A stretch of 64,000 nt of DNA from an uncultured virus (IMG/VR IMGVR_UViG_3300016471_000568) (taxonomy: Duplodnaviria; Heunggongvirae; Uroviricota; Caudoviricetes), in the IMG/VR virus record IMGVR_UViG_3300016471_000568. One strand, 5' to 3'. This document shows, piece after piece, positions 17,167 to 27,597 of this stretch. Numbering within the stretch: the first letter of the stretch is position 1; each line of letters starts with the position of its first letter. The position numbers were made by a program, and so were the translations under genes. The notes beneath the pieces were generated by a model. That model saw only the letters and a list, made by a program, of their open reading frames with translations, had not been told where the DNA came from and made no database searches.

Positions 17167-17943
17167 ATGTTACAAGCAGAAAAAATCAAATCAAACTGGG
17201 AAAGATATCGTGGATTAGTTGATCAGTTCTTCCCTACCCGGAAAGATGCATTAAATCGAATGTATGATGCATTTGAAGACCGTATGGTAATGATGCCAGC
17301 ATCTTCCGTTGCACATTATCACAATGCATTTGCCGGAGGTTATGTGGATCATGTACTTCGCGTAATGGATTGTGCGTTAACTTTGCATAATACATGGATG
17401 GTGTGTGGAGCTGATATGTCTGGTTATACTGAAGAAGAATTGTTGTTTGCAGCAATGCATCATGATTTAGGCAAAGTAGGTTTTCCAGGAGATGGTAATG
17501 AAGTATATCAAGTAGAAACTTCGGATTGGCATCGCAAGAATCAAAACAAAATGTATCGACACAATGAAAACATTCCATTTACCATGGTACCGGATCTTTC
17601 AATTTGGTTGCTGCAGGAATATAATGTTAAAATGTCTTGGACGGAATATCAAGCAATTAAAATTCATGATGGAATGTATGATGATGCAAATAAACCGTAT
17701 TTTGTTGCTCGATCAGCACAAGCCAAATTAAAAACAAATCTTCCTATCATTTTGCATCACGCAGATCATATGGCAGCACAAATTGAATATGAACGTTGGA
17801 GAAATCGAAATAACGAATCACCTAAACCGGTTTCTGAAAAAAATAAAATACAAAAATCTGCAGTATTAAAAAATCTTGCAGAAAATAACCCAGATGTAGA
17901 ACAAGCAATAACAGATATTTTTAAAGCATTTAACGGAGAATAA
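17167..17943 (+). CDS. HD-domain phosphohydrolase (YhaM-like HD)
   Basis: PAS..YHNAFAGGYVDH, HHDLGKVG, IHDG, LHHAD. Confidence 0.85.
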   Translation: MLQAEKIKSNWERYRGLVDQFFPTRKDALNRMYDAFEDRMVMMPASSVAHYHNAFAGGYVDHVLRVMDCALTLHNTWMVCGADMSGYTEEELLFAAMHHDLGKVGFPGDGNEVYQVETSDWHRKNQNKMYRHNENIPFTMVPDLSIWLLQEYNVKMSWTEYQAIKIHDGMYDDANKPYFVARSAQAKLKTNLPIILHHADHMAAQIEYERWRNRNNESPKPVSEKNKIQKSAVLKNLAENNPDVEQAITDIFKAFNGE

Positions 17944-17944
17944 C

Positions 17945-18250
17945 ATGATATTTTTGATTGTAACAAGTATACTTTTACTAGGAATTAGTACGTATTTAGG
18001 ATATCGAGCTTGGTATCTTGCGGGTGTATTGGGTGATATTCAAGAACAATCTGATGAATACATTAAAAAATTAGAATTTACTAACAAATATATGTATTCG
18101 CAAATTGTACAATCATATGAAAATATGAAACGCATCGATCATTTAGGAGCGTTTAAATCTGAAGATGAGGCGGGAACTACATTTCATATATTATTTGAAA
18201 CTATAACCAATTTAAAGGAAGAATTTGATGTCGAAGATCAAGAAAAATAA
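17945..18250 (+). CDS. membrane-anchored hypothetical protein
   Basis: N-terminal hydrophobic helix; GGAG RBS. Confidence 0.7.
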   Translation: MIFLIVTSILLLGISTYLGYRAWYLAGVLGDIQEQSDEYIKKLEFTNKYMYSQIVQSYENMKRIDHLGAFKSEDEAGTTFHILFETITNLKEEFDVEDQEK

Positions 18251-18923
18251 ATCATATTTTACTAAAATAACAGATTTAGCAATTTCATCATATAATAAAA
18301 GTACGGATCTAGCATTGCGAGAAAAAATTTATCGAAGATTTATTTATCCAGCGTTCATGAAACTTACTGAAAATATTATTAATAAAGTTAAACCCGATTA
18401 TATTGATTCTTCATTTCAGGATTTACAAACCGATCTAGTTACGTATTTAACAGCTCGATTAGATAAATTTAATCCAGAAGCAGGAAAGGCATATTCATAT
18501 TATACAAGAACATCATTTAATTATTTAATTGCAGAAAATCAAAAAGGTTATGCAAAAATAAAATCTGATATGTTAGAAATTAATATTGATGAACAACGAA
18601 ATGTTGTTACTGAATTACATAACGATGAAATGCAAGAAACGTTACGAGAATTCATGGATGCATATGTTGAATATTGTTATAAAAACATTAATTACATTTT
18701 TACAAATCCTACAGATATACATGTAGCAGATTCAGTATTACATGTTTTTCAGTTTCGAGATCAAATTGACGATTACAATAAAAAATCATTGTATTTACTT
18801 ATACGAGAGCGTACTGGATTAGAAACTACAAATATTACGCGTGTTGTTAAAACATTAAAAACAATATATGATAAAAAATTTTACGAATACGAACAAACAG
18901 ATTTCATAAAATTGCCTTTTTGA
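18228..18923 (+). CDS. phage sigma factor (T4 gp55-like late sigma)
   Basis: LDKFNPEAGKAYSYYTRTSFNYLI resembles sigma region 2.3-2.4; C-terminal helix-turn-helix-like segment. Confidence 0.65.
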   Translation: MSKIKKNKSYFTKITDLAISSYNKSTDLALREKIYRRFIYPAFMKLTENIINKVKPDYIDSSFQDLQTDLVTYLTARLDKFNPEAGKAYSYYTRTSFNYLIAENQKGYAKIKSDMLEINIDEQRNVVTELHNDEMQETLREFMDAYVEYCYKNINYIFTNPTDIHVADSVLHVFQFRDQIDDYNKKSLYLLIRERTGLETTNITRVVKTLKTIYDKKFYEYEQTDFIKLPF

Positions 18924-18946
18924 TATTTATTTTAAAGGTCTCATGC

Positions 18947-19381
18947 ATGGATAAAAATGATGAAATATTTAAAGGAACAACTTTTTCAGATTTAATGTCC
19001 GATGTTTATCACAATTCAAAAAAGAAAGACCGACAAATTAATCAACTTATTGCACAACTTCAACCATTGATTAAGAATGCATCTGATGCTACCATTATTG
19101 TTCCTTTAATTAAAGAATATTTAGATGTTGCAGTTAAAAATGATGATCATTTAGTTAAATTAACTGCAATTGTTCAACGCTATATTTCAACCAAGCAAAC
19201 AATATCTGGAGCAGATGGATTACTTAGTGACGAAGAAAAACAACAACTGCTTCGCGTTGCCGAACAAACATTGTCTGCAGAATTAACAGATGAATTAGAT
19301 TCAATTGAACAAGAATCTGATGCATTGAAACGGCGCATTGAAAACTCAATGAATAAAACTAAAAAGGATGTAAATGAATAA
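18947..19381 (+). CDS. helical hypothetical protein
   Basis: ATG downstream of TATTTATT box and AAAGGT. Confidence 0.7.
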   Translation: MDKNDEIFKGTTFSDLMSDVYHNSKKKDRQINQLIAQLQPLIKNASDATIIVPLIKEYLDVAVKNDDHLVKLTAIVQRYISTKQTISGADGLLSDEEKQQLLRVAEQTLSAELTDELDSIEQESDALKRRIENSMNKTKKDVNE

Positions 19382-20393
19382 TTTTTCAGAAATTAAATAT
19401 TCAAATCCAATTCGAATGTATATAGGTGAAGTAATAGCTGAACCATCTACATTAACATATAAACAAAATATTAACAATACAAAAAAAAATAAAATTTATG
19501 AAATACGTTGTAATTTAATTTCAAATGATGTTACTAAAAATCCATGTACTGCATATCCTGCTAATATCAATATACAAAAAATTCCACTAATTGGAGAGTA
19601 TGTTTTATTATTTCAAGCATATTCTGATGATTCTAGATATACATCTAAAAAACCAAATTGGTATTATTTATCTGACATTTCTATCTTAACAAATTTAAAT
19701 AACAATTCAGTCCCAGGAATATCAGGAGAATCGTTTGAAAATTCTAGTATTGGGGCAACATTTGAAGAACAATCGATTAATTCATTACAACCATATGAAG
19801 GTGATATATTAATTCAGGGTCGTTTTGGTAATAATATACGAATAGGCAGTACCGTAACTAATTCAAATACGTATGATCGACAACCAACTTGGACATCTAA
19901 TAATAACGGAGATCCTATTATAATTTTATCAACTAATAAAAATAGAAACAATACATCATTTTCTATAGAACATGTTGAAACAGATTTAGCATCATTATAT
20001 TTAACAAGTACGCAACATTTAAATGAACTAAAAATTACTAAACCATTAACGATACATAATGTTTTTAATGGGTCGCAGATGGTTGGGATTGCAGATCGTA
20101 TTATACTTCGAGCTAAAACGGATATTGCTGTTATAGATTCTCAAGAAGGAATTGTATTAAATACTCCAAACAACATTTATATCGGAGGAGAAGAAGCAAA
20201 TCAACCATTAGTACATGGCGACGTACTATTGGATATATTAAATAAAATAATAGATCATATTGAATTTGTACAAATTGAATGTGGAGAATTAATAGGCGGA
20301 TTTAAATCAAAAGATTCAATAAAAACTGCAAGAGAAAAATTATCTGATTTACTTAGTTCAAAATATCGAATGGAATTTAATCCACGTAAATAA
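19374..20393 (+). CDS. baseplate hub/central spike protein (gp5-like)
   Basis: IPLIGEYV OB-fold motif, EGDILIQGRFGNNIRIG, QPLVHGD; located before gp25/gp6. Confidence 0.55.
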   Translation: MNNFSEIKYSNPIRMYIGEVIAEPSTLTYKQNINNTKKNKIYEIRCNLISNDVTKNPCTAYPANINIQKIPLIGEYVLLFQAYSDDSRYTSKKPNWYYLSDISILTNLNNNSVPGISGESFENSSIGATFEEQSINSLQPYEGDILIQGRFGNNIRIGSTVTNSNTYDRQPTWTSNNNGDPIIILSTNKNRNNTSFSIEHVETDLASLYLTSTQHLNELKITKPLTIHNVFNGSQMVGIADRIILRAKTDIAVIDSQEGIVLNTPNNIYIGGEEANQPLVHGDVLLDILNKIIDHIEFVQIECGELIGGFKSKDSIKTAREKLSDLLSSKYRMEFNPRK

Positions 20394-20402
20394 AAGAAAA
20401 AT

Positions 20403-21248
20403 ATGGCAATAGTACCACCATTAGATGAAATACCAAAATTAGCAGGAAAACTTACAGATCGATTAATAAAATTAGGATTAAAAGAAACAGATAAACTAGT
20501 AGATAAATCATTGAAATTAGCACAAGATTCCGTTAAACTACCGATAAAATGTAAGTGCGATGATCCTAGAATTAAAAAACTTAAAAAAGATTTAGAAGTC
20601 GTACAAAAACAAATTCAACAAGTACAGGCTTTAGTTCCTAAAGTACAACAAGTTGTTAATACTACAAAAACCGTAATCAATATTGCACAAGGAATAAAAA
20701 CTGCAATAACGGTTGCGCAACTTTCTAATCCTGCTACTGCACCACTATTTATTGCACAACAACTTCAAGAAATACAAAATGCTACAATTACTAATGCATT
20801 AACTTGTGTTAATCAATTGGCTGATTATCCAATTTCTTTAATAAACAAATTGCCACCATTAATAATGCCCCCTATACAAGAAGCATTATCTAAATTAAAT
20901 AGTTCGTGCAACGGAGATATACCGGATATTGTTATACCTAAAATTGGAGAAGTAGATACAAACAACATAACAAATTACAATGATTTATTTCCATCTGAAT
21001 TTTATCGAGATATTAATGTATCAGAACAAGATTTGATTGATAGAGCAAATACTATACAAAATTTAATACAACAACAATTGGATGTATTATCTAATATACG
21101 AGAAGCTCCTAGCACAGTAATACAGCAACAAGGGTCGCCAACTGATGACATTGGAAAACAAGGTGATTATTATGTTGATACACAAAATTTAATATTTTAT
21201 GGTCCAAAATTAACAGATGATAAATGGCCTCCGGGCATAAATTATTAA
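20403..21248 (+). CDS. hypothetical structural-module protein
   Basis: coiled coil; C-terminal P...GKQGDYYVD...FYGPK motif seen in tail-fibre-type proteins. Confidence 0.65.
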   Translation: MAIVPPLDEIPKLAGKLTDRLIKLGLKETDKLVDKSLKLAQDSVKLPIKCKCDDPRIKKLKKDLEVVQKQIQQVQALVPKVQQVVNTTKTVINIAQGIKTAITVAQLSNPATAPLFIAQQLQEIQNATITNALTCVNQLADYPISLINKLPPLIMPPIQEALSKLNSSCNGDIPDIVIPKIGEVDTNNITNYNDLFPSEFYRDINVSEQDLIDRANTIQNLIQQQLDVLSNIREAPSTVIQQQGSPTDDIGKQGDYYVDTQNLIFYGPKLTDDKWPPGINY

Positions 21249-21275
21249 TGCTAATATTTATTTAAAAGTAGTCAT

Positions 21276-21779
21276 ATGGATACATCAACATTAGTAAAAG
21301 CACTAAAAACGGCTGTAAGGCAAGTTATAAAAGAAGAATTAACTGAAATTTTACGTGAAGGTTTACAATCTACAATTACGGAAATACACCAAGAACAACA
21401 AAAAACAAAACCTATACGAAATAATTCTAAAACAGTACAACAATCTAAAAATAAAGTACAATTTTTGGATAATAAATGGGCTTCTGTTTTAAATGAAACG
21501 GAAAGTTTACATGAACAAGAACCGGTATCAATAAATAGTTTTCGAGATTTAATGAATGAAAACATGGAAGAAATTCGAATGACATCTCAGGATGCTATTA
21601 ATTTTGGTGCAATGCGACAAAATATGCGAGATTCAATAACTAATACGACACCATCACCAAAAATTATGGAAGACCCGGAAACGGGAAAAATGTTTGAAAT
21701 TCCACAAGAAGTACAACAAGCAATGACTCGAGATTATTCTTCGTTAATGAAAGCAATTAACAAGAAAAAAGGAATTTAA
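21276..21779 (+). CDS. hypothetical protein (167 aa)
   Basis: late box upstream; IKEELTEILRE. Confidence 0.7.
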   Translation: MDTSTLVKALKTAVRQVIKEELTEILREGLQSTITEIHQEQQKTKPIRNNSKTVQQSKNKVQFLDNKWASVLNETESLHEQEPVSINSFRDLMNENMEEIRMTSQDAINFGAMRQNMRDSITNTTPSPKIMEDPETGKMFEIPQEVQQAMTRDYSSLMKAINKKKGI

Positions 21780-22231
21780 TGCCATATATTATTGTACAAT
21801 CTGGATTAATAAATACGGGTTCATTTGACGCATTAGGTATTGATTTATACTTTAGTTCTCCGCAGTTGTTTAATTCTTTGTACACTAATGAAAAACAAGC
21901 TTCTGCAAATTTAAAAACATTATTGTTAACGCAAAAAGGGGAAACAATTAATGAAGTAAATTTTGGTACTGATTTATTAAAATATATTTTCGAACCAGTT
22001 AGTGATCAATTAAAACAAGATATACGAGAATCTATTATAGATGCAATAACCGTATGGTTACCGTATATCAATATTATTGACATTGAAATATTAACATCAG
22101 AAGATGATGCATCTATAGATGACTTAACTATTGTAGTAGTATTAACATTTAATGTTGATAATAATACTAGTATAAATTCAATAACATTAACTGCAAATCA
22201 ACAAGGACAGTTAAGCGTATCGGGAGTATAA
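21779..22231 (+). CDS. baseplate wedge protein, gp25/GPW family
   Basis: NLKTLLLTQKGE...NFGTDLLKYIFEP...AITVWLPYI. Confidence 0.85.
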   Translation: MPYIIVQSGLINTGSFDALGIDLYFSSPQLFNSLYTNEKQASANLKTLLLTQKGETINEVNFGTDLLKYIFEPVSDQLKQDIRESIIDAITVWLPYINIIDIEILTSEDDASIDDLTIVVVLTFNVDNNTSINSITLTANQQGQLSVSGV

Positions 22232-22232
22232 A

Positions 22233-24113
22233 ATGGAAACAAAAAAAGATGTAGTATATACCGGTAAAGATTTTAGGCAATTAAAAAGCAATTTAATTAA
22301 TTTTGCTAAACAATATTTTCCAAATGTATATACAAATTTTGAACAAGCATCTCCAGGAACTTTATTTATCGATTTAGCTGCATATGTTGGAGATGTTTTA
22401 AGTTTTTATGCAGATTCTAATTTAAAAGAATCGTTGTTGGAACAAGCAACAGAACGTACGAATATATATGATTTAGCTAAAGCTTTAGGTTATAAACCAA
22501 ATAATTCAGTTGCTGCACAAGTTATATTAGATATATTTCAATTATTACCAGCATCAGGATCTGGATTAAATGTTAAGCCAGATTTTAATTATGCACTTTC
22601 AGTTAAACCAAATTTGATAGCACAAAGCTCCGATGGAGCTGCATCTTTTAGAACTTTAGATTCTATTAATTTTTTATATTCATCTTCATATGATCCAACT
22701 GATATAACAATATATGAAGTTGATCCTGTAACTAAAAGTCCTACATATTATCTTTTAAAAAAACAAGTTAAAGCAGTTTCGGGAGAATTAAAAACAAAAA
22801 CATTTACATTTACAAATCCAATACCATATGATAAAATTGTATTAACAGATACAAATGTTATTGAAATTATTTCTGTAACAGAAACTGATGGGGATAATTG
22901 GTATGAAGTTCCGTATTTAGCACAGGACACTATTTTTGAAGAAGTACCAAATTTGGCAGAAAATGATCCGGAATTATCGATATATCGATCTTCATCTCCT
23001 TGTTTATTAAAATTAAGAAAAACTGCAAAACGATTTATAACTAGAACTAGAAGTGATGGTCGCACAGAATTGCAGTTTGGTGCAGGTATATCTGATGATA
23101 ATGATGAAGAAATTATTCCTAATCCGTCTAATGTCGGAAATGGTTTAGATGCATTTAGAAAATCAGTTAATATAGATTTAGATCCAGCAAATTTTTTATA
23201 TACTAGAACATATGGACAAGCTCCAAATAATACTACACTTACCGTAGTGTATACCGTCGGTCGAGGTATTACAGATAACGTTGCTGCAGATACTTTAACA
23301 AAACTTGCATCAATATCATTTGATGATGATATTAATTCAAATTTAAATACTAATTTATCTAATTTTATAAAATCTTCATTAACTGTTAATAATTCAACGC
23401 CAGCATCTGGAGGGAAATCTGCAGATACTATACAAGAAATAAAAAATAATGCTATGGCTAGTTTTGCTGCACAAAATCGTTTAGTAACTAGAGAAGATTA
23501 TATAATTAGATGTTATTCGATGCCTAGTAGATTTGGAAGTGTTGCAAAAGCATATATAGTCCCCGATGATCAAATTTCACAAAAAGATTTTGAAAAAAAT
23601 CGTATCATGAATCCGTTAGCAATGAATATGTATGTTTTGGGTTATAATAATTTAAAACAACTAGTAACATTAAATCAAGCAGTTAAAGAAAATTTAAAAA
23701 CATATTTAGGATATTATCGTATACTAACAGATGCTATAAATATTAAAGATGCATTTATTATTAATATAGGTATAGATTTTGAAATTTCAGTATTATCAAA
23801 TTACAATAGTAATGAAGTTTTATTAAAATGTATCAATCAATTGAAATCATTTTTTGATGTTGATCGTTTACAAATCAATCAACCTATAATTAAATCAGAC
23901 ATATTAACTACTATTGCCAATGTTAAAGGAGTACAATCAGTTATTGCTATGCGATTGTTAAATTTATATGATTCGGATTTTGGATATTCTGGAAATATTT
24001 ATGATTTAGAACGAGCTACTAAAAATGGTGTTATTTATCCATCATTGGATCCTAGTATTTTTGAATTAAAATTTCCAAATAAAGATATACGCGGACGAGT
24101 GGTTAATTATTAA
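22233..24113 (+). CDS. baseplate wedge subunit, T4 gp6-like
   Basis: DF..LK..L, AYVGDVLSFY, AKALGYKP, QFGAG, ASGG, QNRLVTREDY. Confidence 0.9.
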   Translation: METKKDVVYTGKDFRQLKSNLINFAKQYFPNVYTNFEQASPGTLFIDLAAYVGDVLSFYADSNLKESLLEQATERTNIYDLAKALGYKPNNSVAAQVILDIFQLLPASGSGLNVKPDFNYALSVKPNLIAQSSDGAASFRTLDSINFLYSSSYDPTDITIYEVDPVTKSPTYYLLKKQVKAVSGELKTKTFTFTNPIPYDKIVLTDTNVIEIISVTETDGDNWYEVPYLAQDTIFEEVPNLAENDPELSIYRSSSPCLLKLRKTAKRFITRTRSDGRTELQFGAGISDDNDEEIIPNPSNVGNGLDAFRKSVNIDLDPANFLYTRTYGQAPNNTTLTVVYTVGRGITDNVAADTLTKLASISFDDDINSNLNTNLSNFIKSSLTVNNSTPASGGKSADTIQEIKNNAMASFAAQNRLVTREDYIIRCYSMPSRFGSVAKAYIVPDDQISQKDFEKNRIMNPLAMNMYVLGYNNLKQLVTLNQAVKENLKTYLGYYRILTDAINIKDAFIINIGIDFEISVLSNYNSNEVLLKCINQLKSFFDVDRLQINQPIIKSDILTTIANVKGVQSVIAMRLLNLYDSDFGYSGNIYDLERATKNGVIYPSLDPSIFELKFPNKDIRGRVVNY

Positions 24114-24149
24114 AATTCTATATTTATACAAAAAAAGGATAAACTCACC

Positions 24150-27100
24150 ATGGGCGTATTATCAAATAACCGTGCTCAAATTGTTGCTGGCGGATTAATA
24201 TCGGCCAGTTTCGTATCAGATTTATATGATGTATTTACTGGAGCTATTAGTGAATCAATTGTAATTTCTGGTTCTTCTATCGTAACGGGTTCGGTAAAAA
24301 TATCAGGATCATTAAATGTAAATTTTGGAATTACTGGCTCATTATTGGGATCAGCTTCGTGGTCTAGTAATTCTATAACTGCTTCGTATGTTAATTTAGT
24401 TGCCGGTCCAAATATTATTATTAATACGGTTGGTACTAGTTATGAAATAACAGGAAGTCCATATACATATTTAGCCGATTCAGCATCATTTTCATCAAGC
24501 ATAGCTAGTAATTATCAAAAGTTTTTATTCGATTCGGCATCATTTAGTTCTAGTATAGTAACAAATTTGAATAATTACTTAGCTGACTCGGCATCTTTTA
24601 GTTCTAGTATAGTAACAAATTTGAATAATTATTTGTTTGATTCTGCTTCTTTTAGTGCAAGCATTGCAAACAACCTAAACAAATATTTGTTTGATTCTGC
24701 TTCTTTTAGTTCTAGTATAGTAACAAATTTGAATAATTATTTGTTTGATTCTGCTTCTTTTAGTTCTAGTATAGTAACAAATTTGAATAATTATTTGTTT
24801 GATTCTGCTTCTTTTAATTTAAATACAAACTTATTAAGTAGTAGTTTTCTTACAAATTCTAGTTCAAATTCTAGTAGAATTTCTGCATTAGAATTTTTTA
24901 GTTCTAGTTTAGATTTGTCATATGCAAGTGAAACGCAATTTACATTATTTACGGCATCATATCAAAATGATTCTGCATCAATTATTTCTAAAATTATTTC
25001 AGCTGCAACAACTAGTTCTAATACATTTAACGGTCAACAAAATATTGTAGGTAATGTTATAATTGATCCTGCATATAAATTATATATCAATGCAATTGAA
25101 GAGGAAGCTACAAATGCTGGAATTTCATATGTTGCTGGTACAGCAGGACATCGATTTGAATCTGGCGATGTATATATTACTGGGTCTGTTAATGTAGCCG
25201 GAAATCAATATTATAACGGTGATCAAATAACTATAGGAAATCAAACTAATACAGGAAATCAATTAAATATCGGAAATCAAACTATTTCTGGTAGTTTAAT
25301 TGTCACTAATAGTTTATTTATTCCTGCAACATCACAACAAAATTTAAATAATGTAGTTGTAATTGATACTAGCACTGGACAATTATATTATACGGCATCT
25401 GCCGCGTTATATGGAAATGTATCGGGATCGGGTGTATATTCGGGTAGTTCGTTTACGACATTTGCAATTTCCGGACAAAGTAGTATAGTTGCTAATAATG
25501 CAACGGATACTATAACAATTACCGGAGGAAATAAAATTGCATTAAATTCCAATGTAATATCAAAAACATTAACAATATCAGTTTCTCCAGATTTAGTTAC
25601 AACCGCATCATTTAATAATTGGACAAGCAGTATTTTTGAAACAATAAGTGGAAGTTATTTAGCTTTAAGTAGTAGTTATTTAGCTTTAAGTAGTAGTTAT
25701 TTAGCTTTAAGTAGTAGTTATTTAGCTTTAAGTAGTAGTTATTTAGCTTTAAGTAGTAGTTATTTAATTAGTTCAGCATCATTTTCATCTAGTATTGCAA
25801 ACAACTTAAACAATTATTTAGCCAACTCAGCATCATTTTCATCTAGTATTGCAAACAACTTAAACAATTATTTAGCCAACTCAGCATCATTTTCATCAAG
25901 CATAGCTAGTAATTATCAAAAGTTTTTATTCGATTCAGCATCATTTAGTTCTAGTATTGCAAACAACCTAAACAATTATTTAGCCAACTCAGCATCATTT
26001 TCATCAAGCATTGCAAACAACCTAAACAAATATTTGTTTGATTCTGCTTCTTTTAGTTCTAGTATAGTAACAAATTTGAATAATTATTTGTTTGATTCTG
26101 CTTCTTTTAGTGCAAGCATTGCAAACAACCTAAACAAATATTTGTTTGATTCAGCATCATTTTCATCTAGTATTGCAAACAACTTAAACAATTATTTATT
26201 CGATTCTGCTTCTTTTAGTGCAAGCATTGCAAACAATTTGAATAATTATTTGTTTGATTCGGCATCATTTTCATCTAGTATTGCAAACAATTTGAATAAT
26301 TATTTGTTTGATTCGGCATCATTTTCATCTAGTATTGCAAACAACTTAAACAATTATTTGTTTAATTCAGCATCATTTTCATCTAGTATTGCAAACAACT
26401 TAAACAATTATTTGTTTGATTCGGCATCATTTAGTTCTAGTATAGTAACAAATTTGAATAATTACTTAGCTGACTCAGCATCATTTTCATCTAGTATTGC
26501 AGCACATCAAAATTATATAACTACTACGCCGTTATCTTTTACTGGATCATTTACTGGATCGTTATCTGGTTCGTTATTTGGTACATCATCATATGCATTA
26601 ACATCTGTAAATGTATTAGTTATAGGTGGCGATACTACAAATGCGAATCGTGTTGTATTATTTGCTGATAATGTTGGTGAAAATCCAATTAAATCGGATT
26701 CTGGATTTGAATATAATCCTAATACTAATACGTTATCTGTTCCTAATATTTCTGCAACTTCAGTTGTGGGTAATTTAACTGGAAATGTTACCGGTAACAT
26801 AGTAGGAACAACGGCAGTATTTACTTCTATAACCGGTTCTATTCAAGGAACTACATCAGGTATACATACGGGTAGCGTACAAGGAGATGTTTCTGGCAGT
26901 ATAACCGGATCATATGCAATTTTAACAAATATTACTGCATCTAATATATCTTCTAGTAATAATATTACTTCAATTTATATTACCGGTAGTAATTTATTAA
27001 TTAATAATAATTCTAATATAACATCATTAACTGCGTCATATGCAAATATATCATCATTAACTGCGTCATTATATGGTACTTCATCTGTTTCTGTTACTAG

Positions 27101-27596
27101 TTCATATGCAATAACCGCATCATATTATCAAATTCCGGTTGCTAGATTTTCCGATACTAACAATGGATTTTCATTGGCAAATAGTGTTGATAATACAATT
27201 AGATTTGATACAACAGATTTCAATATGTCAACTGCAATATTTGAATTATTAGATTCAAATCAATCAACAGCCGTTATTTATATTAAACAACCAGGATATT
27301 ATGAATTTATTTCACAAATTTATATTTCCGGTTTAGGTAGCGATGTAGATGTGTTAGTTAAATTATTAGAATTATCGCCATCTGGTAGTACGAGTGGCGC
27401 TACAGGACAAGTTACATTGTTTAATGATTTTAAATCAATTGAAGGAACTAACGATCAAACAATCTCTGGAACATATGTACATTATGTTACAAATCCAACC
27501 TATTATCGAGTAGTAGTTAATCCATCAAATGGGGCAACGTCTTTAATAACCACATATAATACGCCATCTAGAATAACAATTAAAAAATTAGGATAA
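24150..27596 (+). CDS. long tail fibre/adhesin-like protein with tandem repeats and C1q/BclA-like C-terminus
   Basis: 18-aa and 7-aa repeats; C-terminal IRFD..DFN...IYIKQPGYYEF. Confidence 0.75.
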   Translation: MGVLSNNRAQIVAGGLISASFVSDLYDVFTGAISESIVISGSSIVTGSVKISGSLNVNFGITGSLLGSASWSSNSITASYVNLVAGPNIIINTVGTSYEITGSPYTYLADSASFSSSIASNYQKFLFDSASFSSSIVTNLNNYLADSASFSSSIVTNLNNYLFDSASFSASIANNLNKYLFDSASFSSSIVTNLNNYLFDSASFSSSIVTNLNNYLFDSASFNLNTNLLSSSFLTNSSSNSSRISALEFFSSSLDLSYASETQFTLFTASYQNDSASIISKIISAATTSSNTFNGQQNIVGNVIIDPAYKLYINAIEEEATNAGISYVAGTAGHRFESGDVYITGSVNVAGNQYYNGDQITIGNQTNTGNQLNIGNQTISGSLIVTNSLFIPATSQQNLNNVVVIDTSTGQLYYTASAALYGNVSGSGVYSGSSFTTFAISGQSSIVANNATDTITITGGNKIALNSNVISKTLTISVSPDLVTTASFNNWTSSIFETISGSYLALSSSYLALSSSYLALSSSYLALSSSYLALSSSYLISSASFSSSIANNLNNYLANSASFSSSIANNLNNYLANSASFSSSIASNYQKFLFDSASFSSSIANNLNNYLANSASFSSSIANNLNKYLFDSASFSSSIVTNLNNYLFDSASFSASIANNLNKYLFDSASFSSSIANNLNNYLFDSASFSASIANNLNNYLFDSASFSSSIANNLNNYLFDSASFSSSIANNLNNYLFNSASFSSSIANNLNNYLFDSASFSSSIVTNLNNYLADSASFSSSIAAHQNYITTTPLSFTGSFTGSLSGSLFGTSSYALTSVNVLVIGGDTTNANRVVLFADNVGENPIKSDSGFEYNPNTNTLSVPNISATSVVGNLTGNVTGNIVGTTAVFTSITGSIQGTTSGIHTGSVQGDVSGSITGSYAILTNITASNISSSNNITSIYITGSNLLINNNSNITSLTASYANISSLTASLYGTSSVSVTSSYAITASYYQIPVARFSDTNNGFSLANSVDNTIRFDTTDFNMSTAIFELLDSNQSTAVIYIKQPGYYEFISQIYISGLGSDVDVLVKLLELSPSGSTSGATGQVTLFNDFKSIEGTNDQTISGTYVHYVTNPTYYRVVVNPSNGATSLITTYNTPSRITIKKLG
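24468..24815 (+). repeat. 54-bp tandem repeat block 1 (about 7 units)
   Basis: YLFDSASFSSSIVTNLNN-type units. Confidence 0.9.
25653..25766 (+). repeat. 21-bp perfect tandem repeat x5
   Basis: AGTTATTTAGCTTTAAGTAGT encoding SYLALSS. Confidence 0.95.
25772..26500 (+). repeat. 54-bp tandem repeat block 2 (about 14 units)
   Basis: SASFSSSIANNLNNYLFD-type units. Confidence 0.9.
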
Positions 27597-27597
27597 T

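Noticed and set aside
24468..26500. Possible CRISPR array or DGR template/variable repeats
   Set aside because: The units are in-frame coding repeats without unique spacers, differences are not adenine-specific, and no cas or reverse transcriptase gene is in the window.
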